From positions 224,001-288,000 of the forward strand of contig CAWDXE010000003.1 of NCBI GenBank assembly GCA_963806185.1: 64,000 bases of DNA. The letters are read 5' to 3'. This DNA comes from an uncultured candidate division Zixibacteria bacterium (lineage in GTDB: Bacteria; Zixibacteria; MSB-5A5; GN15; FEB-12). Below are positions 49,372-59,263 of the stretch, piece by piece. A program made the translations under genes and the position numbers. How positions within the stretch are numbered: the stretch's first letter is position 1; each line of letters starts with the position of its first letter. Below the pieces are notes generated by a model, which saw only the letters and a program-made list of their open reading frames with translations, did not search any database and had not been told where the DNA came from.

Positions 49372-50003
49372 GATTTCCCTCGCTTGGCTTTGGGTGTTGC
49401 TTTCTTTGTGGCCTGTTTTGCTTTGACCGCTGGTCTGGATGTCCGGAGTTCCAGAGACGGTTTGGTGTGCTTGATGACATAAACCTGATCGCGACCCTCC
49501 TTTTCCACGACGGTGAGTACCACCTGGTCGTTTCGGGAGGTGGGAATGTTGACACCGACATAGTCCGCCTTGATCGGTAGTTCGCGGTGGCCACGATCAA
49601 CCAGGACAGCCAATTGAATCGTCCGCGGACGGCCGAAGTCTATTATCTGATCTAGGGCCGCGCGAATGGTTCGTCCGGTGAAAAGGACGTCATCGACGAG
49701 AATGATGTTCTTATTGCCGACTTCGAAGAGTATGTCCGTGCGCTGCACGATAGGCTGCTCCAGCTTGGTGTGAACATCGTCGCGATAAAGGCTGATATCC
49801 ATGAGACCGACAGGGACTTTGACTCCTTCGAGTTCCTGAATAATTTTGGCGACTCGCTTGGCAAGAATTGCACCGCGCGTGAGAATGCCGATGATGGCCA
49901 GTGATTCGGCCCCGGAGTTGTGTTCCAGAATCTCGTGAGCAATGCGCGTGATGGCGCGGCTCACCTTTTTATCGTCGAGGATAACGTCGTAGTGTTCAGT
50001 CAA
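49368..50003 (-). CDS. pyrR: Pyrimidine operon attenuation protein / UPRTase PyrR
   Basis: RIAHEILE, LYRDD, LVDDVLFTGRT, DRGHRELPI; GGAGG RBS before TTG 50003. Confidence 0.95.
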   Translation of the reverse strand: MTEHYDVILDDKKVSRAITRIAHEILEHNSGAESLAIIGILTRGAILAKRVAKIIQELEGVKVPVGLMDISLYRDDVHTKLEQPIVQRTDILFEVGNKNIILVDDVLFTGRTIRAALDQIIDFGRPRTIQLAVLVDRGHRELPIKADYVGVNIPTSRNDQVVLTVVEKEGRDQVYVIKHTKPSLELRTSRPAVKAKQATKKATPKAKRGKS

Positions 50004-50105
50004 ACTTATGCCTCCGTCGCTCGGATCGTAGTGATTGCCAAGGGAATAAACAGAGGCCGGGACAAAGCCTTCGCCGCGCAAGCTGAGTTGTGGTCACGAT
50101 TCACA

Positions 50106-50138
50106 CCCTTAGCGACCTCTCCGGATCGCCTTAAAAGG
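50106..50138 (-). promoter_or_regulatory. PyrR-binding RNA stem-loop in the pyrR leader
   Basis: CCUUUUAAGGCGAUCCGGAGAGGUCGCUAAGG matches the UUUAA...UCCNGNGAGGY consensus; promoter TTGACA-N16-TATTTT at 50177-50204. Confidence 0.8.
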
Positions 50139-50220
50139 TTGCTTTCGGCCGCAGGATGCGGGCCGAATTCGCCGGGAAAATATACGATTTGAAACTGGTG
50201 TCAAGTGTCCGCGAGCGGAT

Positions 50221-51654
50221 TTATCGATTCAGATCAAGTTCCTGTGAGAGCAAGGCTTGCCATGGATACTGCCGGAAGAATTCGGATCGCGAGTAACGAC
50301 GGCCCCGCCCGGCCTCAAGCACCAGTACCTCGTCAGCCAGTGCCCTTACGATTCCCGCCTCGTGGGTGATGATGACCTGTCCCCGGCGCTCATGGCGGAG
50401 AGAGTCGGACAGCTGAATGAACATATGGATGCCGGAGAAGTCGAGCCCGGCCGTGGGTTCGTCGAAAATGATAAATGGCGTTGCCATCGCCAGAGCGACG
50501 GCGAAGGCCAAACGGCGCTTCTCGCCGGTGGACAGGGAAAACGGATCGCGTCGGGCGAGATTCTCGGACTTCACTGCCGTCCCGAGCAACATCAAATCTA
50601 CAGCGGCATCATCAATTGGCAGTCCGAGATTCCGGGGTCCAAGAGCTACCTCCTCGGCGCAGGTGGGAAGGAAGAATTGGCGTTCCGGTTGCTGCAATAC
50701 CGCAGTGATGACCTGGGCACGCCGAGATTTATCGATGACCTTCCCATCTGCGTCGACAAAGGAAATCAATCCGGCCGAGGGCTGCACCAGCCCTGCCAGC
50801 ACATGCCCAAGCGTGCTCTTGCCGGAGCCGGTGGCGCCCACAATACACAGCGTTCTTGCCCGACTCAGGGTCAGATTCAGATCCCCTAGAATGGTACGTC
50901 CACCCAGTTGAACCTCAATGTTTTCCACGTGAATGGATGAGGCCGCGCCGGATTCGACAGAGGATAGCCCGGTGACAAAAGAACTATCATCGGCATATGA
51001 TTTCTCGACACTCGTCAGGACACTATCCGGTGCACCATCTGCGATGATCTGACCGCCGGCCATGACTAGTACTCTGGGGTACTGCCGGGCAACAGGAATT
51101 GACTGGGCAATTCGCAATTCAACAAGACTCGGGTGCTGCGCTCTGATGCGTTCCAACTCTACATTGAGCATCTGTTTGCCTCGCTGATCGAGGAAAGCAT
51201 CCGGTTCGTCCAGAATCAGAATCGACGGCCCACCGACAAGCACTGACGCGAGGGCGACACGCTGTTTCTCACCGCCGGAGAGTTCCGAGCTCAATCGCCG
51301 CAGCAGGTGAGTGATGTCGAACTGCGCGGCCTCGAGATTGATACGCTTTTCAATATCTGGCGTCGGCATGGCCACGTTTTCGAGCCCGAAGGCCAGTTCC
51401 TTTTCCACGGTGACCGCGACCATTTGATTGTCCGGGTTCTGAAAAAGGAAGGCAACGTTTGGCCGATTCCCGGTGGTCTGCTGATTCGGCAGGAGTCCGG
51501 CGATAAACCTCACCAGAGTGGTTTTGCCCGAGCCATTGGCCCCCATGATGCAAACGCGATCCCCCGGATTGAGCTGCAACGAGATATTGTCGAGCGCCGG
51601 CCGTTGGTGCGGACGATACCGGTAGGTGACATGATCGAGCATTATGCTGTTCAT
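50221..51654 (-). CDS. Double-domain ECF-type (EcfA/CbiO) ABC ATPase
   Basis: Two Walker A motifs (GANGSGKT, GATGSGKS), FQNPDNQ, LSGGEKQR, LSTGEKRR. Confidence 0.88.
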   Translation of the reverse strand: MNSIMLDHVTYRYRPHQRPALDNISLQLNPGDRVCIMGANGSGKTTLVRFIAGLLPNQQTTGNRPNVAFLFQNPDNQMVAVTVEKELAFGLENVAMPTPDIEKRINLEAAQFDITHLLRRLSSELSGGEKQRVALASVLVGGPSILILDEPDAFLDQRGKQMLNVELERIRAQHPSLVELRIAQSIPVARQYPRVLVMAGGQIIADGAPDSVLTSVEKSYADDSSFVTGLSSVESGAASSIHVENIEVQLGGRTILGDLNLTLSRARTLCIVGATGSGKSTLGHVLAGLVQPSAGLISFVDADGKVIDKSRRAQVITAVLQQPERQFFLPTCAEEVALGPRNLGLPIDDAAVDLMLLGTAVKSENLARRDPFSLSTGEKRRLAFAVALAMATPFIIFDEPTAGLDFSGIHMFIQLSDSLRHERRGQVIITHEAGIVRALADEVLVLEAGRGRRYSRSEFFRQYPWQALLSQELDLNR

Positions 51655-51687
51655 AAAAAAGCCGGGGTCTGATGCCAGACACCGGCT
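51655..51687 (-). terminator. Rho-independent terminator after gcvPB
   Basis: AGCCGGTGTCTG-gcat-CAGACCCCGGCT + T run. Confidence 0.75.
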
Positions 51688-51708
51688 ATCATAGTCAAAT
51701 TCGCAGTC

Positions 51709-53160
51709 TTAGCCAAGATAGTTCACATCGAGATCGCGCGCGGCACCGCTTTCGTCCAGTCGACGGACCGGCGTCGTATGCGGCGCCGAGGTTACCACCT
51801 CGGGGTTGGTCTCCGCTTCGCGGGCGATCTTGATCATCACCTCCGCGAAATAGTCTAGTGAGTCACGGCCTTCCGTCTCGGTCGGCTCGATCATCATCGC
51901 TTCCGGCACTATCAGCGGGAAGTAATTCGTCGGCGCATGGACGCCGAAGTCGAGCAAGCGTTTGGAAATGTCCGAGGTTCGTACGCCCAGTTTCTTCTGC
52001 CGATTGCCCGAGATTACGAATTCGTGCATACATGGCTGCTCATGCGGCAGGTCAAAATCGGCCTTCAGCAGTTCTTTGAGATAGTTGGCATTGATCACGG
52101 CCCATTCGGACGCTTCCCGCAGGCCGTCGCCGCCCAGCGTCTTGATATACGCAAACCCGCGGACCATGTTGGCGAAATTGCCATAGGCAAAATGCAGCCG
52201 ACCGATCGAGTGGGGCCGCTCATAATTGAAGAAAAGCTTGCCGTCATGGTCCTTTTCCAGCACCGGGAAAGGAAGGAATTTCTCCAATTCGGCCGTCACG
52301 CCGATCGCCCCGGCACCCGGGCCGCCGCCGCCGTGGGGTGTCGAAAACGTCTTGTGCAAGTTGAAGTGCATGACATCGAACCCAACGTCACCGGGACGGA
52401 AAATACCCATATGGGCATTCAAATTGGCTCCGTCCATATACACCAAACCGCCGCCCTTGTGCACGATCCGGGCGATTTCCTGTATGTTTTTCTCGAACAG
52501 ACCCAGCGTGTTCGGATTGGTCAACATCATTCCGGCAACCTCGTCATCCATGGCCGCCGCGACAGCCTCGGGAAGGATCATGCCGTCCTCGTCGCACTTG
52601 ACCGTCACCGTCGTGTACCCCACGGAGGCCACCGATGCCGGATTGGTGCCATGTGCCGACTCGGGGATCAGGATCTTTGACCGATTTCGGCCCTTGTGCA
52701 CATGATAGGCACGCATCACCAGAAGTCCGGCAAACTCGCCATGAGCGCCGGCTACCGGCTGAAGTGATATGTGCGGGAAGCCACTGACCTCGCTCAAGTA
52801 CCGCTCCAGGTCCCACATTAACTGCAAACTTCCGGCCGAGGCCGAACAGGGGGTGAGCGGATGATGGTTGGCAAAGCCGCTATAGCTCGCCGCGACATCG
52901 TTGAGCTTCGGGTTATACTTCATCGTGCATGATCCGAGCGGATAGAAACCCTTGTCGATATGGTGATTCTTCACCGACATATTGACAAAATGGCGCATGA
53001 CGGTCGGCTCGCTCACCTCGGGGAGAGCCGCATCCTTGGCGCGACGGTATTTCTCCGGGATAGCGGAAAGAATATCCGCTTCGCCCTTCTTGGTCTCCGG
53101 CAAGGTGTACCCCTTCAATCCCGGGGCCGATTTTTCGTAAATCAAGATCTTTTCATTCAC
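51709..53160 (-). CDS. gcvPB: Glycine dehydrogenase (decarboxylating) subunit 2
   Basis: PLGSCTMKYNP, AHGTNPAS, NLHKTFSTPHGGGGPG. Confidence 0.96.
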   Translation of the reverse strand: MNEKILIYEKSAPGLKGYTLPETKKGEADILSAIPEKYRRAKDAALPEVSEPTVMRHFVNMSVKNHHIDKGFYPLGSCTMKYNPKLNDVAASYSGFANHHPLTPCSASAGSLQLMWDLERYLSEVSGFPHISLQPVAGAHGEFAGLLVMRAYHVHKGRNRSKILIPESAHGTNPASVASVGYTTVTVKCDEDGMILPEAVAAAMDDEVAGMMLTNPNTLGLFEKNIQEIARIVHKGGGLVYMDGANLNAHMGIFRPGDVGFDVMHFNLHKTFSTPHGGGGPGAGAIGVTAELEKFLPFPVLEKDHDGKLFFNYERPHSIGRLHFAYGNFANMVRGFAYIKTLGGDGLREASEWAVINANYLKELLKADFDLPHEQPCMHEFVISGNRQKKLGVRTSDISKRLLDFGVHAPTNYFPLIVPEAMMIEPTETEGRDSLDYFAEVMIKIAREAETNPEVVTSAPHTTPVRRLDESGAARDLDVNYLG

Positions 53161-53199
53161 TGCAACAAGTCCTCACACCGGCAAATTCCCGGTGATTCT

Positions 53200-54064
53200 C
53201 TATTTCTTCTCATCCGCCTTAGGCGGGTTCTTCCATTTCTCTATCTGTTTGGCGACCCATTCGATCTCATCCTTCTCATTCGGATAGCGCTCGGCGAACC
53301 CCTCGAAATGAGAGATCGCTTTCGCCGTGTCGCCCATACGCACATACACGAGGCCAACCCATTCATCGGCATTCACGGCAAATGACGAGTTGGGAAAGTC
53401 CTTCAAGACGCCCTGGAACAACTCCAGTGCTTTATCATAGTTCTTCGCCCGGCGCTGCATGTCGGCGATGGCCATCCGACTTTCGCCCGCCAGAGAGTCC
53501 TTCTCATTGACCGCCACTACTCTGCTATACCAGGTCATCGCGTCGTCCGGCATGCCGCGATATTTGTACTTGTCCGCAATCTTGAACGCGAGCTCCCGGC
53601 TGGAGTCAGCCTTTGCTTTGCCCAGCAGGTCGTCGAGCGTGCCAACGCCGTTGCGGTAGTCCTTAATCGTTTGCAAGAACTCCGGTGGAGGCAAGTACCC
53701 GACGATCCGATCGATTTCATTACCCTTGTTATCCATCAGAACAATGGTGGGATACGCGCTCACCCGATATTTCTGGGCGATTAGAGTATCCTTCTCGGCG
53801 TTAATCTTGGTCAGCACCGCCTCGTTCGAAAAGTAGCTGATATTGCTGGAGTCTACGAACACGACCGTGTCCATCACCTTGCACCAGCTTCACCACTCGG
53901 TGAAAAACTTCAAGGCCATCGGCTGGTTTGCCTGTGCCGCCGCCTTCAGTCCCTCTTCATATGAAGTATAGTATTGCGCTTTGCCGGCTGTGTTGACCAA
54001 TTCGGCTGTCGCCGTTCCGGCGAGCAGAAGTGTCGCCAGAGTCACTAATCCCGGTCGTCCGCAT
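53200..54064 (-). CDS. Secreted thioredoxin-fold + TPR protein, probable selenoprotein (UxxC); one extra base near 54051
   Basis: AGGAGG RBS + ATG 54064; FFTEW-TGA-SWCKVMDT reads through in frame into ORF 53200..53877; paralog of 54132..54998. Confidence 0.8.
53845..53892 (-). promoter_or_regulatory. Bacterial SECIS-like hairpin
   Basis: After UGA: lower stem GCUGG/CCAGC, upper stem AUGGACAC/GUGUUCGU, apical loop GGUC 23 nt from UGA. Confidence 0.7.
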
Positions 54065-54131
54065 GCTGCCTCCTGTAGCGAAACTCGCCATCTTTGCTCT
54101 ATACCCGCGAGCGGCGCGGGTGCTTTCATCT

Positions 54132-54998
54132 TTACGACTTCTTGGCGTCCGCCGGTGCCGGCGGATTCTTCAGTTTGTCGATCTGTTTCTTGACGTACCC
54201 GATTTCTTCCGAATTCGGATACTTGGTCAGGAACGACTCCATCTGCTGTACTGCCGCTGTCGTGTCGCCCTTTTTCACCAGAACGAGGCCGATCCAGATA
54301 TCGGCGTTTTCGGCAAACGGAGTACCAGCGAAATCGGTGGCCATGGCGCGGAAGGCGCTGAGGGCACCGTCATAGTCTCTCTTCTGGCGAAACATCTCGG
54401 CCAGCGCCATCCGGCTCTCCCCGGCCAGCGAATCCTTTTCGTTGCCGGTGATCACCGTCTGATACCATTTCTTCGCATCAGTTTCGGCGCCGCGGTATTT
54501 GTACTTTTCCGCGATCTGAAACGCCAGATTGCGGTCGGCATTCGTCTTGGTCTGATTCAACAGGTCATCGAGCGTTCCTTTGCCGGCCCGGTAATCCTTC
54601 ACCGTCTGCAGAAAGTCGGTCGGCGGCAGGTAGCCGACGATGCGGTCGATCTCGTTTCCCTTGCCGTCGACCAGGACGACTGTCGGATAGACGTTGACCG
54701 CATACTTCCTGGAGATCAGAGTATCCTTCTCCGCATTGGTCTTAAACATGACCATGTCGTTTGTGAAGTAGGCGATGTTATTGGCCTCTACCAATGTCAC
54801 GGTGTCCATGACCTTGCACCAGCTGCACCAGTCCGTGTAGAACTTGATGGCGATAGGCTGATTCTTTTGGGCTGCGGCCGTCATGGCCTCATCGAGATTG
54901 GTGTAATAGGGTGCGTGTCCGGGTTCGGAAACAAGTTCGGCCGATGCCGCACAGCAGAAGGTGAGCATCACCAGCAGAACCAGTGTCAACGTACGCAT
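54132..54998 (-). CDS. Secreted thioredoxin-fold (CxxC) + TPR protein
   Basis: Signal peptide; KFYTDWCSWCKVMD, YPTVVL, EIDRIVGY; C-terminal TPR (BamD/YbgF-like) helices. Confidence 0.88.
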   Translation of the reverse strand: MRTLTLVLLVMLTFCCAASAELVSEPGHAPYYTNLDEAMTAAAQKNQPIAIKFYTDWCSWCKVMDTVTLVEANNIAYFTNDMVMFKTNAEKDTLISRKYAVNVYPTVVLVDGKGNEIDRIVGYLPPTDFLQTVKDYRAGKGTLDDLLNQTKTNADRNLAFQIAEKYKYRGAETDAKKWYQTVITGNEKDSLAGESRMALAEMFRQKRDYDGALSAFRAMATDFAGTPFAENADIWIGLVLVKKGDTTAAVQQMESFLTKYPNSEEIGYVKKQIDKLKNPPAPADAKKS

Positions 54999-55029
54999 AC
55001 CGCTTCTCCTTCGTATCGTGCAGACAGTC

Positions 55030-55405
55030 TCATTCTTCGTCTTCGTCCATCAGTCCTTCGCCCAGAACCGCATCAAGAATCGCCTCGGCGTCGTCACGGA
55101 ACTCCCGGGGAACCAGAACGGCCTGCCCGAACAGCGTTTGCTGGGGGAGCATCGGCGGCCGTGCTCTGTCCGCTATTGGCGAACTGGGCGGAGAGAATCA
55201 TGCAAGGGATGTTGCTGGCGGTGAGGGCGTCGCGGGCTATGCCGGTTTGCACGTCATTGACCATGAACCCAACCTCGACCCAGGAGTCATCGGGAATGAT
55301 CGCCGCCGTCTGGCGTGGTGACCGCTCCACCAACGGTCGATGGCACTCCGGACAGGTCATGAGACCGGCCTGATATTCATGGGAACATTGGGTGCAATAT
55401 ACCAT
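55030..55405 (-). CDS. Zinc-ribbon + DUF2007-like protein; one frameshift near 55145
   Basis: MVYCTQC...CPEC; the other frame gives VLVPREFRDDAEAILDAVLGE, matching the neighbouring paralog's C-terminus. Confidence 0.65.
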
Positions 55406-55410
55406 CGACT

Positions 55411-55758
55411 TTACTCTTCCTTGGGCTGCCACTGCTCGCCGAGGGCCATGGCCAACAGCTCTTCAGCTTCCTCGGCTTGATCGGCCGGAACTGACACTTC
55501 AAACGCCGCCGATTCGCTGCGATAGATCGGGTTGAGCGGTAATCCGGCATTGCCGAAAAAGCCCGATCGCGACATCACAACGTTTGGTATCTCATACGAG
55601 GTCAGCACTTCACGGGCAAAATCGGCCGAGAATTTGTCCAATACGTATCCCAGCACAATCCACCCTTGTTCTTCACTATCGTCCATCGCCGTCCCGCAGA
55701 CGTGACATGTGGTCGTCCCTTCTCGCCATTCGTTCTTACAGGCGGGACAAGACACCAT
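55411..55758 (-). CDS. Zinc-ribbon + DUF2007-like protein
   Basis: CPAC...CHVC; EVSVPADQAEEAEELL. Confidence 0.7.
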   Translation of the reverse strand: MVSCPACKNEWREGTTTCHVCGTAMDDSEEQGWIVLGYVLDKFSADFAREVLTSYEIPNVVMSRSGFFGNAGLPLNPIYRSESAAFEVSVPADQAEEAEELLAMALGEQWQPKEE

Positions 55759-57095
55759 TGTGCGCCAACTCCTTCAAGCCAACGACCAGGCGCGCCACAT
55801 CGCCCGCAGTGCGCTTCTCGGTGGTCGCAACTATGAGACAATTCTCCAGACCAGGATACCAACGCCCGGCGTCGATTCCGGGCAGAATCTTCTTATCGCG
55901 AATCATTGCCAGGATAACCTGCTCCGCGGGGACGGGGGTCCTCACCGCAAACTCCCTGACAAACGGCCCTTTGAAGTACAATTCGAAGCCATCCAGCTTG
56001 CCAATGTCCTTCGCTGCATTCTGGGCGGCCTCGGCAGATAACAGGGCGACCTGCTTCAGCCCGGTCTTGCCCAGTAGGCTCATGTAGACGGACGCGGCGG
56101 TCGCACACAGAGCCTGATTGGTGCAAATATTGGAGGTCGCCTTTTCGCGACGGATATGTTGTTCTCGAGTTTGCAGGGTCAGCACGAATCCGGTCTTGCC
56201 GTCTACGTCCTTGGTGCGTGCGGCCAGCCTTCCCGGCATCATGCGGACCAGCTCTTTCTTGATGGCAAAGAAACCAAGGAGGGGACCGCCGTACGATGGC
56301 GAAATGCCCAATGGCTGTCCTTCACCAAATGCGATGTCAGCACCGCAGTCAGCCGGCGTCTTGAGAATCGCCTGAGCGATCGGGTCAACGCTCATGATCA
56401 ACTTGGCACCCACCTTGTGAGTGATGGTGGCGACTCGATCTATTTCCTCCAGCAGGCCAAAGAAGTTCGGCTGGCCGATCAGTACGCAGGCTGTGTTCTC
56501 ATCCACCGCGTCTTCCAGTCGATTCAGATCAGTCAGACCGTCTTTCATCGGGACAGTCAGGATCTCAAACGGGCGGGCGGACAAATAGGTGTCAATGACC
56601 TGCCGATAGACCGGATTGACGGTTGCCGATACGACAATTTTCTTGCGCCGCGTCACGGCATGGGCCAAAAGAACCGCCTCGGCCGAAGCCGTTGCCCCGT
56701 CGTAAAGCGAAGCATTGGCGATATCCATGCCGGTCAGCCGGCAAATATGAGTCTGGAATTCATAGATCGCCTGCAACGTGCCCTGCGCGACTTCAGGTTG
56801 GTAGGGCGTGTAGGCAGTCATGAACTCGGGGCGACCGATGATCGTGGCTAGCGCCGCAGGAATAAAATGATCATATACGCCGCCGCCGGCAAAACAGGTC
56901 AGCCCGCGTCTGGTTCTGCTCCGAAAGTTGCTTGATTTCATCGAGCAATTCCATTTCGGACAGAGCCGGTATGTTCAGGGAACGATCGAGACGCAGATTC
57001 CCGGGAATCGCCTCAAGCAAGTCCTCGAACTTCTTGACGCCGATCCGGCCGAGCATCTGCTGACGGTCCCGATCGGAACTCGAGATAAAGGCCAT
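55736..57095 (-). CDS. gcvPA: Glycine dehydrogenase (decarboxylating) subunit 1; frameshift near 56910
   Basis: FAGGGVYDH, TAYTPYQPEVAQG, REQHIRREKATSNICTNQ; N-terminus in ORF 56871..57095. Confidence 0.93.
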
Positions 57096-57157
57096 GGTGT
57101 CTTGTTTCTCTCTTTCGCTTCCGCAGCATTGCGCGGAAGATGTCCCAGTTCAGCGAA

Positions 57158-57543
57158 TTAGTGTTCTGCCACTAACTTCTTGTAACTGTCAGCCGTAAGC
57201 AATTGTTCTACTTCAGCGCGGTTGGCCACCTCGACTTTGATCATCCACCCGGAGCCATACGGATCCCGGTTGACGACCATTGGATCGCCGTCAAGTGCGG
57301 AGTTGATTTCGATCACGCGACCGGCCACCGGAGCATACATCTCCGATACCGCCTTGACCGCTTCAATGGTGCCGAAATCTCCCCATCTGTGCTCACCTGG
57401 TCGCCGATGCCCGGCAATTCGATGAACACAATATCTCCCAGTTCTTTCTGGGCAAAATCGGTGATGCCGATGGTTGCGGTATTGCCAGTCACGCGCACCC
57501 ATTCGTGCTCCTTGGTGTACCTCAGCTCAGATGGAATATTCAC
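57158..57543 (-). CDS. gcvH: Glycine cleavage system H protein; frameshift near 57385
   Basis: [21 protein letters not shown], then EAVKAVSE (lipoyl-Lys) and DPYGSGW in the next frame. Confidence 0.93.
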
Positions 57544-57585
57544 GAAACGCCTCCTCGACTATCAGAATCGGTAATGGTCTGCATT

Positions 57586-59023
57586 TCAGCTTCCGGCCCT
57601 GTGGTCGCTGTCACTCCCGGGTGCTTGCTCCCCTTTTTTTTTAAGGGTGACGGCCGTTTTCGGGGCCGGCAGCACCACTTTCTGGAAATGTGTCTCAACA
57701 AAAGAGGTGTCATACTTGCCGGCAACGAAATCAGGGTCCTGGAGTATCTGCTTGTGGTATTCGATGGTCGTTGGCACGCCCTGGACTACAAATTCGTCGA
57801 GCGCATGCCGCATTTTCATGATCGCTTCCGGCCGTGTCCGCGCCCGAACTATCAGCTTGGCGATCATCGAATCGTAGTACGGCGGAATCACATACCCGGC
57901 GTAGATGGCCTTGTCGACCCGCACGCCCGGTCCGCCCGGAATGTGCATCGCCTCGATGCGGCCAGGGCCGGGACGGAAATCATGTTCCGGATCTTCGGCA
58001 TTGATCCGACATTCGATGGCATGCCACTTGGGCTGTCAATTCGGCCTGGTTGAATTCGATCTTCTCGCCCAGCGCGACCCGGAACTGCTCGCGGACCAGG
58101 TCGACCTCGTACGCTTCTTCGGTAATCGGGTGCTCGACCTGGATACGCGTGTTCATCTCCATGAAGTAGAAACTGCCGCTCTCGTCGACCAGGCACTCGA
58201 TCGTGCCGACGCCGAGATAACCGATCGACCGGCAGGCCAATAGCGCTGCCTCACCCATCCGCTGACGCAGTTCCGTCGGTCATGAGCGGCGACGGCGTTT
58301 CCTCGATCAGCTTCTGGTGGCGACGCTGGATCGAGCAATCGCGCTCGCCGAAGTGATAGTAGTTGCCGTGCTTGTCGCCGATCACCTGGATTTCGATGTG
58401 ATGCGGATTGACGATGACCTTTTCGAGATACAGATCGGGATTGGAGAAGGCATTGGCTGCTTCGGTCGAGGCGATATGGAAAGCCGCGTTCGAGTTCGGA
58501 CACATCGCGACAGACGCGCATCCCCTTGCCGCCGCCGCCGGCGACCGCTTTGAGAATCACGGGATATCCGACTTTCTCGGCGATCTCGGATGCTTCTTCA
58601 AAAGTGGCGACCTTGCCGTCGGATCCGGGTATCACCGGTACGCCCGCTTTGCGCATGGTCTCTTTGGCCGCGATCTTGTCCCCCATGGTGCGAATCTGCG
58701 TCGGGCGTCGGGCCGATAAAGGTAATGCCGCAAGATTCGCAGATTTCGGCAAAGTCGGCGTTTTCGGCCAGGAAACCATACCCGGGGTGAATTGCGCCGG
58801 CGTTGCAGACTTCGGCCGCCGAGATGATTCGCTTGAAATCCAGATATGACTGGGAGGAGGCGGGCGGACCGATGCAGACGTCTTCATCGGCAAATCGGAC
58901 GTGCAGGGCATCGCGATCGGCTTCGGAATAGACGGCCACCGTCGCGAGGCCCAGTTCCCGGCAGGCGCGAATGATACGTAGGGCGATTTCGCCGCGATTG
59001 GCAATCAATACTTTGTTAAACAA
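57586..59023 (-). CDS. accC: Acetyl-CoA carboxylase biotin carboxylase; several frameshifts, 3' end uncertain
   Basis: [66 protein letters not shown] spread over five ORF fragments. Confidence 0.9.
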
Positions 59024-59210
59024 AGAGTTTACCTTACTCCCTTCGGCTGATTTCTACCGCTGTATACGCAGCGTAAGCGGAAAGTATAACACATGCACCA
59101 CATCATCACAAGCCCCAATGGCAAAATTGGCCGCTTCGTCCGCGTCGCAGTCAACCATCTACCTGACAATGAATTGCACGAGAAATGAGGACTCGCAGAA
59201 GTCGAGCATA

Positions 59211-59242
59211 AAAAAAGCCCGGCACACGTGGGCGGTCGGGCT
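59211..59242 (-). terminator. Rho-independent terminator after the pilT-like gene
   Basis: AGCCCGAC...GCCGGGCT + T run. Confidence 0.7.
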
Positions 59243-59263
59243 GCATTGTCATGTCGGATCCAA

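Noticed and set aside
53200..54129. Reading the second thioredoxin-TPR copy as a nonsense pseudogene
   Set aside because: The stop is TGA exactly at the redox Cys, has a SECIS-like hairpin, and the downstream frame is intact; Sec read-through is the better explanation, pending read checks.
54030..55373. 447-aa plus-strand ORF and other long antisense ORFs
   Set aside because: Shadow ORFs opposite well-supported genes in GC-rich DNA, with no recognisable motifs.
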